Shown here: piece by piece, positions 53,815 through 64,000 of the stretch
Layout: every line of letters starts with the position of its first letter
How positions within the stretch are numbered: the first letter of the stretch is position 1
From: a virus
Taxonomy: Duplodnaviria > Caudoviricetes
Direction: 5' to 3' (one strand)
IMG/VR virus record: IMGVR_UViG_3300020814_000535
Length of the DNA stretch: 64,000 nt
Program-made: the position numbers and the translations under genes
The notes under the pieces: model-generated
What the model saw: the letters and a program-made list of their open reading frames with translations, nothing else
Told to the model about the DNA's origin: nothing
Database searches by the model: none

Positions 53815-56800
53815 TTGCCTACAGAATCCTCGATCTCTGCAGTAGAAGCACTTCTATTCGATAACAACCTAAAGAAGACAAATATTACAGAGAAACTGGC
53901 CCAGAAAACGCTGGATTCTTTTAAAGATGATTTACTAGCCAGTTCGACGTTTCTCAAGAAATACGCTCTTCGGGATAAAGAAAACAATATTCACGAATGG
54001 ACTCTGGCGGAAGCTAAGCTTCGGTGGGCTACTGCGATTGCTGAAGTAGACAAGCGATTTTCAGACCCGCAGGATATCGATTATTTTCTAGAACTGTACG
54101 ACTACTTTCTTCCTGCAGGACGTCAGATGTTGGCTCTGGGAAACCCATACATCGAGAAAGCAACGTTAAATAATTGTTATACTTCTGCAGTAATGGAAGA
54201 TAGCTTGGAGGGCATTTTTGGTGTAGCGCTTGAGATTGCCAAGACGTTTAGTTATGCAGGTGGAGAGGGGATCAATTTAGCTCCTCTTCGTCCGAGAGAA
54301 GCGATTGTGTCGAATACTGCTGGGTCGAGTACGGGAAGTGTTTCTTTCGGCGAGATGTTCTCGTTTATTACGGGAATCATCGGGCAGTTTGGGAGACGTG
54401 GGGCTCTGATGTTGAGCCTGCCTGTTTGGCATCCAGATATTGAAGAGTTCATCACTGTTAAATCTTTAGACAAGAGCAGACTGAAGTTTGCCAACCTGTC
54501 TGTGATGATTGATGACGAATTTATGAGATGTGTCGAAAAGGACAGAGAATACACACTCTATTTCCAGACCAAGCACCAGGAGATCTGTCGCAAGGTCCGT
54601 GCCCGCGACATCTGGAATCTCATTATCAAGGCCGCCCATTCGTCGGCCGAGCCAGGAATTCTGTTCTGGGACCAAATCAAGAGAATGAGTTCGTCAGATA
54701 TTTATCCGGAGCTGTCTCTAACAGGGACCAATCCTTGTATTACAGGCGAAACTCTCGTCTATACTGCCGACGGAAGAGGAAATGTTCCAATCCGCCAATT
54801 AGCTGAAGAAGGAAAAGATGTTCCTGTTTTTTGTTTGGATAAAACAGATAAACCAACTGTCAGATATATGAGGAATCCCAGAATAACTGGTTTTAAACAA
54901 CCAGTTTACAAAGTAACTCTAGATGATGGCAGTGTTATTAGGACTACGTCTAATCATAAATTTTACCTTACGGAGGGCGGGGAGAAAACTGTAGATAAGT
55001 TGCAGATGGGGGACAGTTTGAAAATAGTTACTCGATTTGAATCAAGCATTAATGAAGTAGTTAAGGGTTATGAGGCAAAATCTCAGAATTATCTTTGGGT
55101 AAAGGTCGGTTGTCACACGGCTTATCCAGAACACAGACTTATTGCTGGCTTTCATTACAATGCCGATATGTCTCCCCAGGTTGGTCTAGTTGTCCATCAC
55201 CAAGACCATAATGGCAAAAACAATTTTCCCAGCAACTTGGTTGTGATGACCAAACAAGAACACGACAAAACTCACGTTTTAAAGATGTTTGGCGACAACA
55301 ATCCAATGCGACGTGCTCATGTGGAATGGGGCGCAAAGCAATGGGAATCTTATAGGCGAAAGCAGTCGGCTCGCTCGACTGGGAAGAGAAACAAGAATTG
55401 TAGTGGCGTTTCTAACGACGAATTAAAGCGACATGCTATTTTACTTACAAAGGAGGTTGGTCGCCGGTTCTCGACAAAAGAGTGGGCTATATACGCTAAC
55501 AGACATGGCTTGGTTGCTTATTTTAGCAAATGGAGAAACGATCACCTTGGAGGAGTAGTTGGATTGGCGAAGTGGGCGGCAATGGAATGCGGAATTGAAC
55601 ATTACGATTTAGAACCTCGCAAACAGAGAACCCTACAGACCCTTTCTTGCCAAGGTTATAATTGTATTGTCGAAAACAACGAAGTGTATGTGGTCAAAAA
55701 TTGCGAGATTTGTGGCTCGGAGTTTAAGGTGCAGCACGAGAGAAGAGAAGCGGGAATCTGTTTTTCTAGAGAGTGTCTACAGCAACATCTATCTAGGTCT
55801 CAAACCCCAGAATCTATAGAAAAAGCAAAAGCTGCAAGGTCTTCTACTCTAGTTAAACAAAAGAGCGACAATGCTATTAAGATGGTCAATGTATTTCTTA
55901 ATTTAAAGTTATCTTTAAAAAGAGCACCTACTTATAAAGAATTGAGCGTAGAGTGTAAGAAGCAAAATAAAAGACACAGGCTTGGAGTCCATAGCTATTT
56001 TAAAAACTATGCAGAGCTAAAAGAATTTGCCTCTACATATAACCACCGAGTAGTTTCAGTAGAATTTGATGGTTATGAGGATGTGTATAACGGTACAGTA
56101 GATGAGTTTCATAATTTCATGGTTGGAGGCTTTGAAGGAAAGGCTGCTTCTGGAAAGGCAAAATTTAGCTATTTAGTTAATCCTCAATGTGGAGAGCTAC
56201 CCTTGTCTCCACAGGAGTGTTGTTGTTTAGGATCGCTACTTCTAAACAAGTTTGTTTCGAAGCCTTTTTCTGCACTACAATCTTTTGACTACCAAAAGTT
56301 TACCCACATGGTAATAAGAGCAGTTAGACACTTGGACGACGTGGTTGAACTTGGGGCCTCGAAACATCCTCTGTTGGAACAATCTGAAAAAGCCCGCCTG
56401 GGACGTCGCATTGGACTTGGGGTTACGGGATTAGCTGATATGTTTGCCGCACTCGGCATGGAATATGATTGTCCTGACGCTCTAGTTGAAGAAGATCTTA
56501 TTTTTGAGATAAAGCGAAATTGGGAGACTTGTGCTTCTATTGACTTGGCTAAACAAAGAGGCTCATTTCCGCTTTTCAATAAAGACAAACATTACGAGCA
56601 GGGTTTTGCAGCAACGCTTCCTGATCTTATTAAAGAAGACGCAAAACTTCATGGCCAGCGCAATGTCGATATCGCCACAGTTGCCCCTAACGGATCCGTA
56701 GCCATTATTGCTCAAACAACCGGAGGCATTGAACCGATTTTTGCGCGGGAATACGAGCGAATTACAGAACTCGATGGAGTACGAAAGTCGTTCAAAGTGG

Positions 56801-57564
56801 TTCACCCTGGCATCCTGAGATACAAGGAAATTACAGGGAAGGACGCACCACCTGAACTATTCCCCACAGCTCATGAAATCAACTGGAGAGACCGAATCGA
56901 AGTGCAGTCTATTGCTCAGAAGTATACTGGGGCTTCTATTAGCAGCACCATTAATCTTCCAGAGAATACTTCAGTTGAGACCGTAGGAGAAATCTACCTC
57001 ACGGCCTGGAAGAGAGGACTCAAGGGAGTAACGGTCTATCGCGAAAATTCGCGGGAGGGAATTTTACTTGCGAAAACGGCCAAGAAAACTGAGGAGATCG
57101 ACACCGTCGTATATAAGCTTGTTGCCGAAGGTGGCGACAAGTTTTACATTCACATCTCCTACCGCGACCAAGACATCAAACAGCCCTACCAAATTTTTGT
57201 TACCAATTACAAGGCTAACGAAAATGATAGATTCAGAAAGCTCGCAGGGGACCTCGAAAGAGGATTGGATGTGCTGGATCGAGGAAAGCTCAACCAACAA
57301 CTTGAGAGAAGCAGAACATCTCTCGAACGAATCACAAGACTTGTATCTCTCGGGCTCAAAGAGGGACACCTTCAACTTTTGATTGAAATTCTAGAAAAAC
57401 ACTCTTTCGTTGGAACTCTCGCTTTTAACTTGCATTCTATCTTGAAAAAGAGTTACCTTGATAATAGTCAAATAGTTTGCACCAGTTGTGGTAGTTCAGA
57501 TCTAATTTTCACAGAAGGCTGTAGAACGTGTAAGTCTTGTGGGTATTCAAAATGCGGAGGATAA
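53815..57564 (+). CDS. nrdJ: Class II (B12-dependent) ribonucleotide reductase with intein
   Basis: PAGR, NCY, RRGALM, TNP|CGE, RRIGLG..GLADM, VAPNG, GIEP, ISSTIN, KGVTVYR, C-terminal EGC..C..CGYSKC. Confidence 0.92.
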   Translation: MPTESSISAVEALLFDNNLKKTNITEKLAQKTLDSFKDDLLASSTFLKKYALRDKENNIHEWTLAEAKLRWATAIAEVDKRFSDPQDIDYFLELYDYFLPAGRQMLALGNPYIEKATLNNCYTSAVMEDSLEGIFGVALEIAKTFSYAGGEGINLAPLRPREAIVSNTAGSSTGSVSFGEMFSFITGIIGQFGRRGALMLSLPVWHPDIEEFITVKSLDKSRLKFANLSVMIDDEFMRCVEKDREYTLYFQTKHQEICRKVRARDIWNLIIKAAHSSAEPGILFWDQIKRMSSSDIYPELSLTGTNPCITGETLVYTADGRGNVPIRQLAEEGKDVPVFCLDKTDKPTVRYMRNPRITGFKQPVYKVTLDDGSVIRTTSNHKFYLTEGGEKTVDKLQMGDSLKIVTRFESSINEVVKGYEAKSQNYLWVKVGCHTAYPEHRLIAGFHYNADMSPQVGLVVHHQDHNGKNNFPSNLVVMTKQEHDKTHVLKMFGDNNPMRRAHVEWGAKQWESYRRKQSARSTGKRNKNCSGVSNDELKRHAILLTKEVGRRFSTKEWAIYANRHGLVAYFSKWRNDHLGGVVGLAKWAAMECGIEHYDLEPRKQRTLQTLSCQGYNCIVENNEVYVVKNCEICGSEFKVQHERREAGICFSRECLQQHLSRSQTPESIEKAKAARSSTLVKQKSDNAIKMVNVFLNLKLSLKRAPTYKELSVECKKQNKRHRLGVHSYFKNYAELKEFASTYNHRVVSVEFDGYEDVYNGTVDEFHNFMVGGFEGKAASGKAKFSYLVNPQCGELPLSPQECCCLGSLLLNKFVSKPFSALQSFDYQKFTHMVIRAVRHLDDVVELGASKHPLLEQSEKARLGRRIGLGVTGLADMFAALGMEYDCPDALVEEDLIFEIKRNWETCASIDLAKQRGSFPLFNKDKHYEQGFAATLPDLIKEDAKLHGQRNVDIATVAPNGSVAIIAQTTGGIEPIFAREYERITELDGVRKSFKVVHPGILRYKEITGKDAPPELFPTAHEINWRDRIEVQSIAQKYTGASISSTINLPENTSVETVGEIYLTAWKRGLKGVTVYRENSREGILLAKTAKKTEEIDTVVYKLVAEGGDKFYIHISYRDQDIKQPYQIFVTNYKANENDRFRKLAGDLERGLDVLDRGKLNQQLERSRTSLERITRLVSLGLKEGHLQLLIEILEKHSFVGTLAFNLHSILKKSYLDNSQIVCTSCGSSDLIFTEGCRTCKSCGYSKCGG
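54736..56187 (+). mobile_element. Intein (484 aa) with HNH endonuclease, ending in Gln
   Basis: CITGET start, TTSNH block B, EHR/VHH..N..NN..SNL, VYNGTVDEFHNF block F, ...VNPQ|CGE. Confidence 0.92.
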
Positions 57565-58202
57565 AACGACCACCTTGGGAGTCTAATTGGTTTGACGATC
57601 TTCTGTTTTGGATTGAGTGGCGGGTGGGATGGACGTCTGTTTGGCTCGCAATAATATTGATAGTATTCCTTACTTTTTCAATTTGTGTGTTGCCCGCGAA
57701 AAGCGCTTCGAATGATACAGTTAATATAAGTATATGGAATCCTTATAGAATTACTTTGGGCTGTGAGGTAAAGTGCGACTGGAACAACAAGACACGAAAA
57801 TTTGACTACTACAACAACATTATTGTTCCTGGAAAAGGAAAATATATTCTTAAAGTAGGGAAACAATATAAGGATTGCGAAGTGTGGGGGAAGGTATTAT
57901 TTTTCGAGAATCATGAGTAAATATTTTGTTCAGTGCGAACTTGTTAGAGACAATGGAACTGTTATGGTCAGCTGGATCCCAGAACAGTTTGCTGTTCGTG
58001 GCCGCAAATTGAGACTCCTTAACAACGGGACGGGACGCTGGGAGGAAGGATGGAGAGTGACAAGCACCTACACCAAGAAACTAGCTCAGTGGGTGCTTAC
58101 ATGCGAGCGAGATTACCTACATCAGAGAGATGTTTCAGACGTGTAATTTTTCCGTTAATTTTGTTAGCCTAAGTACAGAAATTCGGGGTGCTTTGAAGTA
58201 CA

Positions 58203-58970
58203 GTGTCTTCAGAATTTGACATCTTCCCGGATGAAGCTCTGACGATCCTTGAGAAATTCGTTGAGCAGACAGGTAAAGACTTCGTTAACCCTAACCTTCG
58301 CTTCAGTCACCTTAACTCGGAACGCGAATACTTTGAAACTGCACGAGATTTTGTCGACGGCCTGACAGTCATTCAATGGGGCGACGGCTGGATGTCGTTT
58401 GCTGATATGTTGGCGATCCTAAAGGTAAACGAAGCTTCAATCGTCGAGAAGCTCAACAACACAATCCGTAAGAAGCTGAAGCAATTCCATCGAAAACTAG
58501 GTCGCCGAAGGAGAATTAAAGTGCGAATAGCTTTTGCTTCTCTAGCTCAGGACGAAGATTGGAAGCTCTCGTTTAGTTCCAAGCTCGAGGCGTTTGGAAT
58601 TACCCCGGAGTTTGTGGGTAGGCGCGAGAAGGTCTCGTTCGAAGAGATAAACGATATTGATGCCTATCGAGACGCGCTTCGACGGTTTGTGGATAATATC
58701 GTAGGAACGGTAAGTCGATCAGATGCAGTAATCATTTACTTTAATCGGAAGTCAGACTCGTGGGAAGATCTACGCTTCACGGTTCTGATGTCCTACCTGC
58801 TCTACATTCCTGTTTACATTCTGCTGGGTAATAAATGCTCTCTTGACTCCGTGCCCGCAGAGCTGCTAGCGTTGTGTAACAAATGTTTCAAGACGGAAGA
58901 GGAACTTCTGACCAGTCTTCGCGAAAAGGTGGGAAAGGGACGAGCAAAGATTGGCAATAAGTCTAAGTAG
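58203..58970 (+). CDS. Hypothetical protein with C-terminal NDT-like Rossmann domain
   Basis: V.RSDAVI...IPVY pattern shared with 33419..33919. Confidence 0.45.
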   Translation: MSSEFDIFPDEALTILEKFVEQTGKDFVNPNLRFSHLNSEREYFETARDFVDGLTVIQWGDGWMSFADMLAILKVNEASIVEKLNNTIRKKLKQFHRKLGRRRRIKVRIAFASLAQDEDWKLSFSSKLEAFGITPEFVGRREKVSFEEINDIDAYRDALRRFVDNIVGTVSRSDAVIIYFNRKSDSWEDLRFTVLMSYLLYIPVYILLGNKCSLDSVPAELLALCNKCFKTEEELLTSLREKVGKGRAKIGNKSK

Positions 58971-58978
58971 GATTTCTT

Positions 58979-59563
58979 TTGCTCAAGCCCATCCTGATTG
59001 GCCTGCACGGAAAAGCTAGGTCTGGAAAAGACTCTATTGCCACTGAGCTAATTAAGAACGGAAGTTGTTTCTTTAGTGTGGTTAGTTTTGTCGAGCCTCT
59101 GAAGCGGATTGTGATGGATCTGTTTTCTATGGATCGAGAACAGGTTTATGGTGACGCCAAAGACGAAGTTGACCCGCGTTACAAGAAGTCCCCTCGCCAG
59201 ATTCTTCAGGAAGTCGGGACAGCAATGAGGGTGATCTATAAAGACATTTGGGTTGACTACGCTCTCCGAAGAAGTCGCGAACTACAGATGTGTGGCTATT
59301 CTGTCATTATTACGGATCTGAGATACAAGAACGAATTCGAAGCAATTCGAAATGCCGATGGTTATATTTGGAAGGTTGTCCGTTTAGATGAAAATGGAAA
59401 TCCTGTGAATCTTATTGAAGCTAAGCTTCAGGCTCACGCATCAGAAGTTGACTTGGATGGATTAAGTGACGAAGAATTTGATGCTGTTCTGAGTGCAAAG
59501 TCTGGTCATCTGCCTCGGCTCTACGATCAGGCTCATCAAGCTCTAAGATTAATCTATGGATAA
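58979..59563 (+). CDS. Deoxynucleoside monophosphate kinase
   Basis: GLHGKARSGKD, PLK, PRQILQ.VGT, ITDLRY.NE, HASE. Confidence 0.92.
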   Translation: MLKPILIGLHGKARSGKDSIATELIKNGSCFFSVVSFVEPLKRIVMDLFSMDREQVYGDAKDEVDPRYKKSPRQILQEVGTAMRVIYKDIWVDYALRRSRELQMCGYSVIITDLRYKNEFEAIRNADGYIWKVVRLDENGNPVNLIEAKLQAHASEVDLDGLSDEEFDAVLSAKSGHLPRLYDQAHQALRLIYG

Positions 59564-60551
59564 CAACGAAGAGAAACTCGAAGTCGCCCTCTCTGCCATT
59601 GAGAAGCAGTTTGGCAAGGGTTCGGTTTGGTACAATGTAGATAGAAGTAAGCTTCCTGAAGTAGAGAAGATTTCTTCTGGGTCTATTCTGATTGACAAGG
59701 CTCTCGGTGGAGGTTTTCTGCCTGGAGGTTTTCCGAGAGGAAGGATTGTGGAGATTTATGGTGGGGAGTCTGTCGGGAAGACCACGTTGGCACTCCATCT
59801 TATTGCTGAGGCTCAGAAATTGGGATTTCACTGTGCCTTCGTTGACGCTGAGCACGCCCTGTATGTTGAATATGCCACGGCTCTGGGGGTCGATTTCTCA
59901 AAGCTCGTTCTTTCGCAGCCCAGCTCGGGCGAAGAGGCGCTGCAAATTTGCGATATGTTGATTCGCTCGGGGACGATGGGTGTTGTGGTTGTCGATTCGG
60001 TGGCCGCTCTGGTTGGTCAAGCTGAGCTAGAGGGTGATATTGGCGACAGTCACGTAGGCATCCAGGCTCGTCTGATGGGCCAGGCTATGCGCAAGTTAAA
60101 CGGTGTCGTGGCCAATACAAAGACTATTCTGACTTTTATTAACCAGACACGCATGAAGGTACAGACCTATGGACACGGCGATCCGACAACAACCTCGGGC
60201 GGAAATGCCCTGAAGTTCTATGCCACACAACGTGTTGAGATGAAGCGGATTGGATCGGTCAAATCAGGAGACGAGGTCATTGGAAATGAGATTCAGGTTA
60301 AGGTTGTAAAGAACAAGATTGCTCCTCCATTTAAGGTAGCTAATGTAGTGGTCACATTTGGTGTTGGTGTAAATAAATATCAGGAAGTAATCGGACTGGC
60401 TGTAGAGAAGGGGATTATAAACAAGGGAGGCGCGTGGTATAGTTACAAAGAGACGAGGATTCAAGGACAGAACAAGATGGAGGAAGCTTTGCGCGATAAT
60501 CCAGATCTCTTTAACCAGATTCGCCAGGAAGTTATCGTAGCTATCACTTAA
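59556..60551 (+). CDS. recA: RecA recombinase
   Basis: IEKQFGKG, GRIVEIYG.ES.GKTT, FVDAEHAL, VVDSVAAL, QARLM.QA.RKL, SGGNALKFYA, KNKIAPPF. Confidence 0.97.
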   Translation: MDNNEEKLEVALSAIEKQFGKGSVWYNVDRSKLPEVEKISSGSILIDKALGGGFLPGGFPRGRIVEIYGGESVGKTTLALHLIAEAQKLGFHCAFVDAEHALYVEYATALGVDFSKLVLSQPSSGEEALQICDMLIRSGTMGVVVVDSVAALVGQAELEGDIGDSHVGIQARLMGQAMRKLNGVVANTKTILTFINQTRMKVQTYGHGDPTTTSGGNALKFYATQRVEMKRIGSVKSGDEVIGNEIQVKVVKNKIAPPFKVANVVVTFGVGVNKYQEVIGLAVEKGIINKGGAWYSYKETRIQGQNKMEEALRDNPDLFNQIRQEVIVAIT

Positions 60552-60829
60552 CGGAGGACGGGTGGGCGTTTGATTTTAAGGAGCGAATGAAGCCTCACAA
60601 GAGACTCGAGTTCTGTGTTGCAATTGGGTTAACTCTTGTATTAACAATCAAACGTGATCCAAAAACAAAAGAGGGAAAAATCGAGTGGAGTCTATATTCA
60701 GCTGATGGGACTCAGATAAAACATATTGATCCAACATCAGCCCTAGCTTTGTTAACTGCGGTTGAGGGATATGGAATATTGGCTTTACAGGATGTGTCAG
60801 ATGAGGGCGGCAAGTGATTTTGGGTTGGA

Positions 60830-61369
60830 ATGCCCGAAAAGACCTTCCTCCTGGCGGGGACGCCACAAAAATACATCTACCAAATTGACGATTATTCGTG
60901 CGGGCCAGTCGCTGTAGTCAATGCGATCAAGTGGGCGGGATTTAAAGCGGGATACGAAGATCTTTCATATTTTCGCAAAGAGTGTCGCACGACCGAGGAA
61001 ATGGGAACCTATCCAGATGACTTGTTCTGGACGTTGAAAAAACTTGAGCTTCAGGGTTTATTTAGGTTAGTCTATCGCATCGAAGATGCAGACCTAGAGG
61101 ATATAGACGAGTGTTGGATCCCCAACTCGGCTATGTTGATTACCACCTGCACTGCGCCAGCAGCCAAAGGTCCTGAGAGCTGTCACTATTCTCTGATTGT
61201 CGATAAACAAAAACGCAAGGCTACGATCTACTATTGGTTGGCGAACTACTATACCAAAAGAGGGCTGGCAAAAATGAGCCGAGGATTCTTGAAGCAGATT
61301 TTACGAAAAAGCAAAAAAGCCGTGAGCGCAGCCAACCTGAGAACCGACGTCATTGTGGTGACTAAGTGA
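60830..61369 (+). CDS. C39-like cysteine peptidase
   Basis: QIDDYSCGP, GT, HY. Confidence 0.7.
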   Translation: MPEKTFLLAGTPQKYIYQIDDYSCGPVAVVNAIKWAGFKAGYEDLSYFRKECRTTEEMGTYPDDLFWTLKKLELQGLFRLVYRIEDADLEDIDECWIPNSAMLITTCTAPAAKGPESCHYSLIVDKQKRKATIYYWLANYYTKRGLAKMSRGFLKQILRKSKKAVSAANLRTDVIVVTK

Positions 61370-62325
61370 CGGATTTTGCCCACCTTCACCTACATTCGGA
61401 ATACAGCTTGCTCGATGGCTGTATCCGCTTTAAAGAACTAGTCCCATACCTCAAAGAGATCGGCCTCACAGCCTGTGCCCTGACTGACCACGGGAATATG
61501 TGTGGTGCGGTCGAATTCTACAAAGCAATGAAGAAAGAGGGACTGAAGCCGCTCGTCGGTATAGAAGCATATTGTAGCGATAATCCAGACGACGTCGCGC
61601 AGGAAGATAAAATAAAAGATAATATGCACGTTGTTCTTCTGCCAAAAGACAACGTGGGCCTCAAGACTTTATTTAAACTCATCTCCGAAGCCAACCTTCA
61701 TAACTTCTATTACAAACCAAGGATTCAGTTCGAGAAGCTAGCTCAGCTGGCGGGGCATTGTGTAGTATCCACAGCCTGTCTAGCGGGTATATTATCTTCT
61801 GTTGTGAAATGGGATTCTGACCGCCGAATGTGGTCCGATGAGACAAATGCGGCGGAAGAGAAAATCTCCTTCCTCCAGGACCATTTTAAAGAAGATTTAT
61901 ATCTCGAATTGCAAGACTGGAACGACGGGACAGATATCCAACCTGCCTGGAACGAATTCTTGTTAATGGTGTCTGAAAAGAGAAATATCGAATGTGTGAT
62001 CACCACAGACGCCCACTATCTCAGAGAAACAGACTACGAACTTCATGAGCTGCTCATGGCCCTTCAATTGAAGCAGACCCTTGAGGAGTATAAACAGGGC
62101 ACCCAACTGAAATACGGACCTTACTTCTGGGTCAAGCCTCCAGAGGAAATGCTAAAGTCTGCCAAGAAGATTGGATGCGAATCAGCTTTCTGGAACACTG
62201 GAAAGATTGCTGATAAATGCAATGTAGAGCTAGAGCTGGGAACGTATTATCCGCCGGTTTTTCATCCAGAGAAAGCTAAAGATTATCAAGATTTCTTAAA
62301 GTGGAGAAAAGAAAGAGGATTATGA
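61366..62325 (+). CDS. dnaE: DNA polymerase III alpha subunit, stand-alone PHP domain
   Basis: HLHLHSEYSLLDG, ALTDHG, G.EAY, FYYKPR, TACL.G, YLELQ, TDAHY, NT..IA.KC. Confidence 0.92.
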   Translation: MTDFAHLHLHSEYSLLDGCIRFKELVPYLKEIGLTACALTDHGNMCGAVEFYKAMKKEGLKPLVGIEAYCSDNPDDVAQEDKIKDNMHVVLLPKDNVGLKTLFKLISEANLHNFYYKPRIQFEKLAQLAGHCVVSTACLAGILSSVVKWDSDRRMWSDETNAAEEKISFLQDHFKEDLYLELQDWNDGTDIQPAWNEFLLMVSEKRNIECVITTDAHYLRETDYELHELLMALQLKQTLEEYKQGTQLKYGPYFWVKPPEEMLKSAKKIGCESAFWNTGKIADKCNVELELGTYYPPVFHPEKAKDYQDFLKWRKERGL

Positions 62326-62640
62326 ATAAACAGGAATACCGAAAGCATATTGAGTCTGTCGTAAGTTGCAATGGTTCGTATGAAGGCAATCAATGTACGC
62401 TGTTAGAAACGAGATATATCAAGGGTTCTGTTTCGTACCACATCATTATTAAGAATGCTCCGAGAGAAGACTTCGTTCATTGGCACTTTAGGTTCGATGA
62501 ACTAGAGGAAGCCATTGTTAAGTTCATCGAACTTGAACCACTAGACGAAGAGGGTGACGTTCCCTGTGACTGCAAGGAAGAGGCCGAGTGCGAACAGATC
62601 ACTTGCCAGTGCAATGGAAAGTGCTGTAAGGTAACCCCTG

Positions 62641-62970
62641 ATGAAACTAATTGATGAGCTGAGGGATAAGTTTCCAGGTCTGGCAACTAAAAGCAGGACT
62701 TCGCCTCTGGCGGCCATTAGGCTTCATTGCTTGGAGTGCTGTGGTGGCTCGAGAAAAGAAGTCGAGGAATGTACTGCTCCAGAGTGTGTTCTATTTGGAT
62801 TCCGTCTAGGAACAAAGCCAAAGCGCGGGGCTAAACTTGCTCTCCAGCAACCAAGAACTAAGAAGAAGCGAGTTCTAACCGAAGAACATAAGAGGAAGCT
62901 TGTCGAAGGAAGAAAGAAAGCTAAAATGGCTGCTGTGGAGGGGAAGCCTCTCGATTCAGCCAATTCTTGA
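62641..62970 (+). CDS. Conserved Cys-rich phage protein
   Basis: AIRLHCLECCGG...EV..C....C.L..FR.G. Confidence 0.7.
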   Translation: MKLIDELRDKFPGLATKSRTSPLAAIRLHCLECCGGSRKEVEECTAPECVLFGFRLGTKPKRGAKLALQQPRTKKKRVLTEEHKRKLVEGRKKAKMAAVEGKPLDSANS

Positions 62971-63201
62971 TAACGTTCAGCCCGTAGAAGAAGAGCCAAA
63001 CGAGCGAGGGAGACCACGACTACATCCCAAGATTGCTACCGACAAGAAATGGGTGACGGCATTTTGCAATGACATTTCTTGGGACAATGGGTCAACTTTA
63101 CGGGTCCTGACAGAACCGAAATTAGTTCACGCCAGAAACATTTTCGACACATTTGAAGAAGCTCTCGCTGAGCGAGACAAGCTTCTAGCCTCACTTCCAG
63201 A

Positions 63202-64000
63202 ATGACAACAGAATTAGATCTCTACTTTCGTTACAGATGCGAGAAAGGTCTGCACGAGCGCGGGCTCGACCACCTTCCTGAATATGTTAAACAGCTCAAC
63301 TACGAAATCGACGTCATTATCAAGATGGGCTTTCCTGGCTACTTCCTGATTGTCTGTGACTTGTTGGAATGGGCTAGAAGTAAAAAGATCATAGCTGGGC
63401 CAGGCCGAGGGTGCCTTTCGGGCGATACGAAAGTTTTTTTAGACAAGGGAAAAGTCAAAAATATTAAAGATGTTAAGGTCGGCGAAAAGGTTATTTCCCA
63501 CACAGGAGACTTAAGGAATGTCATAAAAGCGTTTGAATATGACGTTGACGAGGCTCTTCTAAAAGTCAACACATACTATGGTGATTTTGGTGGTATAACA
63601 GCCACTAGTGATCATAGGATATTCGCACAAAAGGCAAAGCTTAATAAAGGATGGGAGGCTGCGAGTTCAACGGTAAGAAAGAATATGAGGCGTTGGCAGC
63701 ACCCAACAGACGAAATTTTCGAAGTACCTATTGGGGACCTAGAGGTTGGAGATTGGATTTTTACTCCGAAACCAAAGAGGGAAATTAAACCCCTTCCTAC
63801 TGGAATAGATTTTTCCCTATATTCTTATATTTGCAAATATAATATCGTTGTAGATAACGATCTTTTAATCGAGTACGTCCCAGTATCGAAAGCTTTTAAA
63901 TATTCAATTAGAGATGTAGTAAGAAATACTGGAGTAACGGGAAACTTTCTGAGAGGGCTTTTAAGATACCAAGGGGATCAAGATTCTTATGAGTCACATT
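63202..64000 (+). CDS. dnaE: DNA polymerase III alpha, catalytic part (runs off window)
   Basis: MTTELD...QLNYEIDVIIKMGFPGYFLIV.D...WAR...GPGRG; absent from ORF track (no stop). Confidence 0.92.
   Translation, partial: MTTELDLYFRYRCEKGLHERGLDHLPEYVKQLNYEIDVIIKMGFPGYFLIVCDLLEWARSKKIIAGPGRGCLSGDTKVFLDKGKVKNIKDVKVGEKVISHTGDLRNVIKAFEYDVDEALLKVNTYYGDFGGITATSDHRIFAQKAKLNKGWEAASSTVRKNMRRWQHPTDEIFEVPIGDLEVGDWIFTPKPKREIKPLPTGIDFSLYSYICKYNIVVDNDLLIEYVPVSKAFKYSIRDVVRNTGVTGNFLRGLLRYQGDQDSYESH
63412..64000 (+). mobile_element. Intein in DnaE after GPGRG (3' truncated)
   Basis: CLSGDT block A, IKDVKVGEKVISHTG, ATSDH block B. Confidence 0.9.

Noticed and set aside
62301-63205. Group I intron or split intein between the dnaE halves
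   Set aside because: The interval is filled by three overlapping ORFs; no intron core or intein terminal motifs seen
59-63572. Minus-strand ORFs in the track
   Set aside because: They shadow + strand genes and show no recognisable motifs
1-64000. Genome-wide stop-codon reassignment
   Set aside because: TAA, TAG and TGA all end conserved genes, and CGA encodes conserved Arg (e.g. ClpA RYRG)

Overview
Gene-dense 64-kb segment of a large (jumbo-type) dsDNA bacteriophage. Essentially all real genes are on the + strand, often with ATGA/TAATG overlaps, and no structural genes are visible. About 1-34 kb is mostly small accessory ORFs, interspersed with ClpA, ATP-dependent DNA ligase, two SSBs, Hsp20, PurA, a stand-alone GGQ release-factor domain, a saccharopine/lysine dehydrogenase, a methyltransferase, a Zn deaminase and two tRNA(-like) genes. 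About 34-64 kb holds a possible lysis trio, DUF932/DUF1257/DUF2997 genes, SpoVG, a tmRNA, a GMP reductase/IMPDH-family enzyme, RNase HII, ThyX, ClpP, a Ycf46-like AAA ATPase (intein), class II RNR (intein), dNMP kinase, RecA and a DnaE split into two genes (second with an intein). Most notable: (1) a close sequence homologue of plant organellar Whirly proteins; (2) a phage-encoded rescue-and-degrade set (tmRNA with a 36-aa tag, ClpA, ClpP, GGQ domain, ArfA-like basic peptide); (3) a tRNA-Trp with Pyl-like compact architecture; (4) three gene junctions where CGA/ACG sits where TGA/ATG is expected; (5) a possible G->A and C->T nucleotide-rebalancing set; (6) unannotated membrane micro-peptides; (7) a Gln-terminated intein; (8) a nested AT-rich inverted repeat. 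Weak motif hints point to a myxobacterial/deltaproteobacterial host (inference). All family assignments are by motif recognition, not database search.
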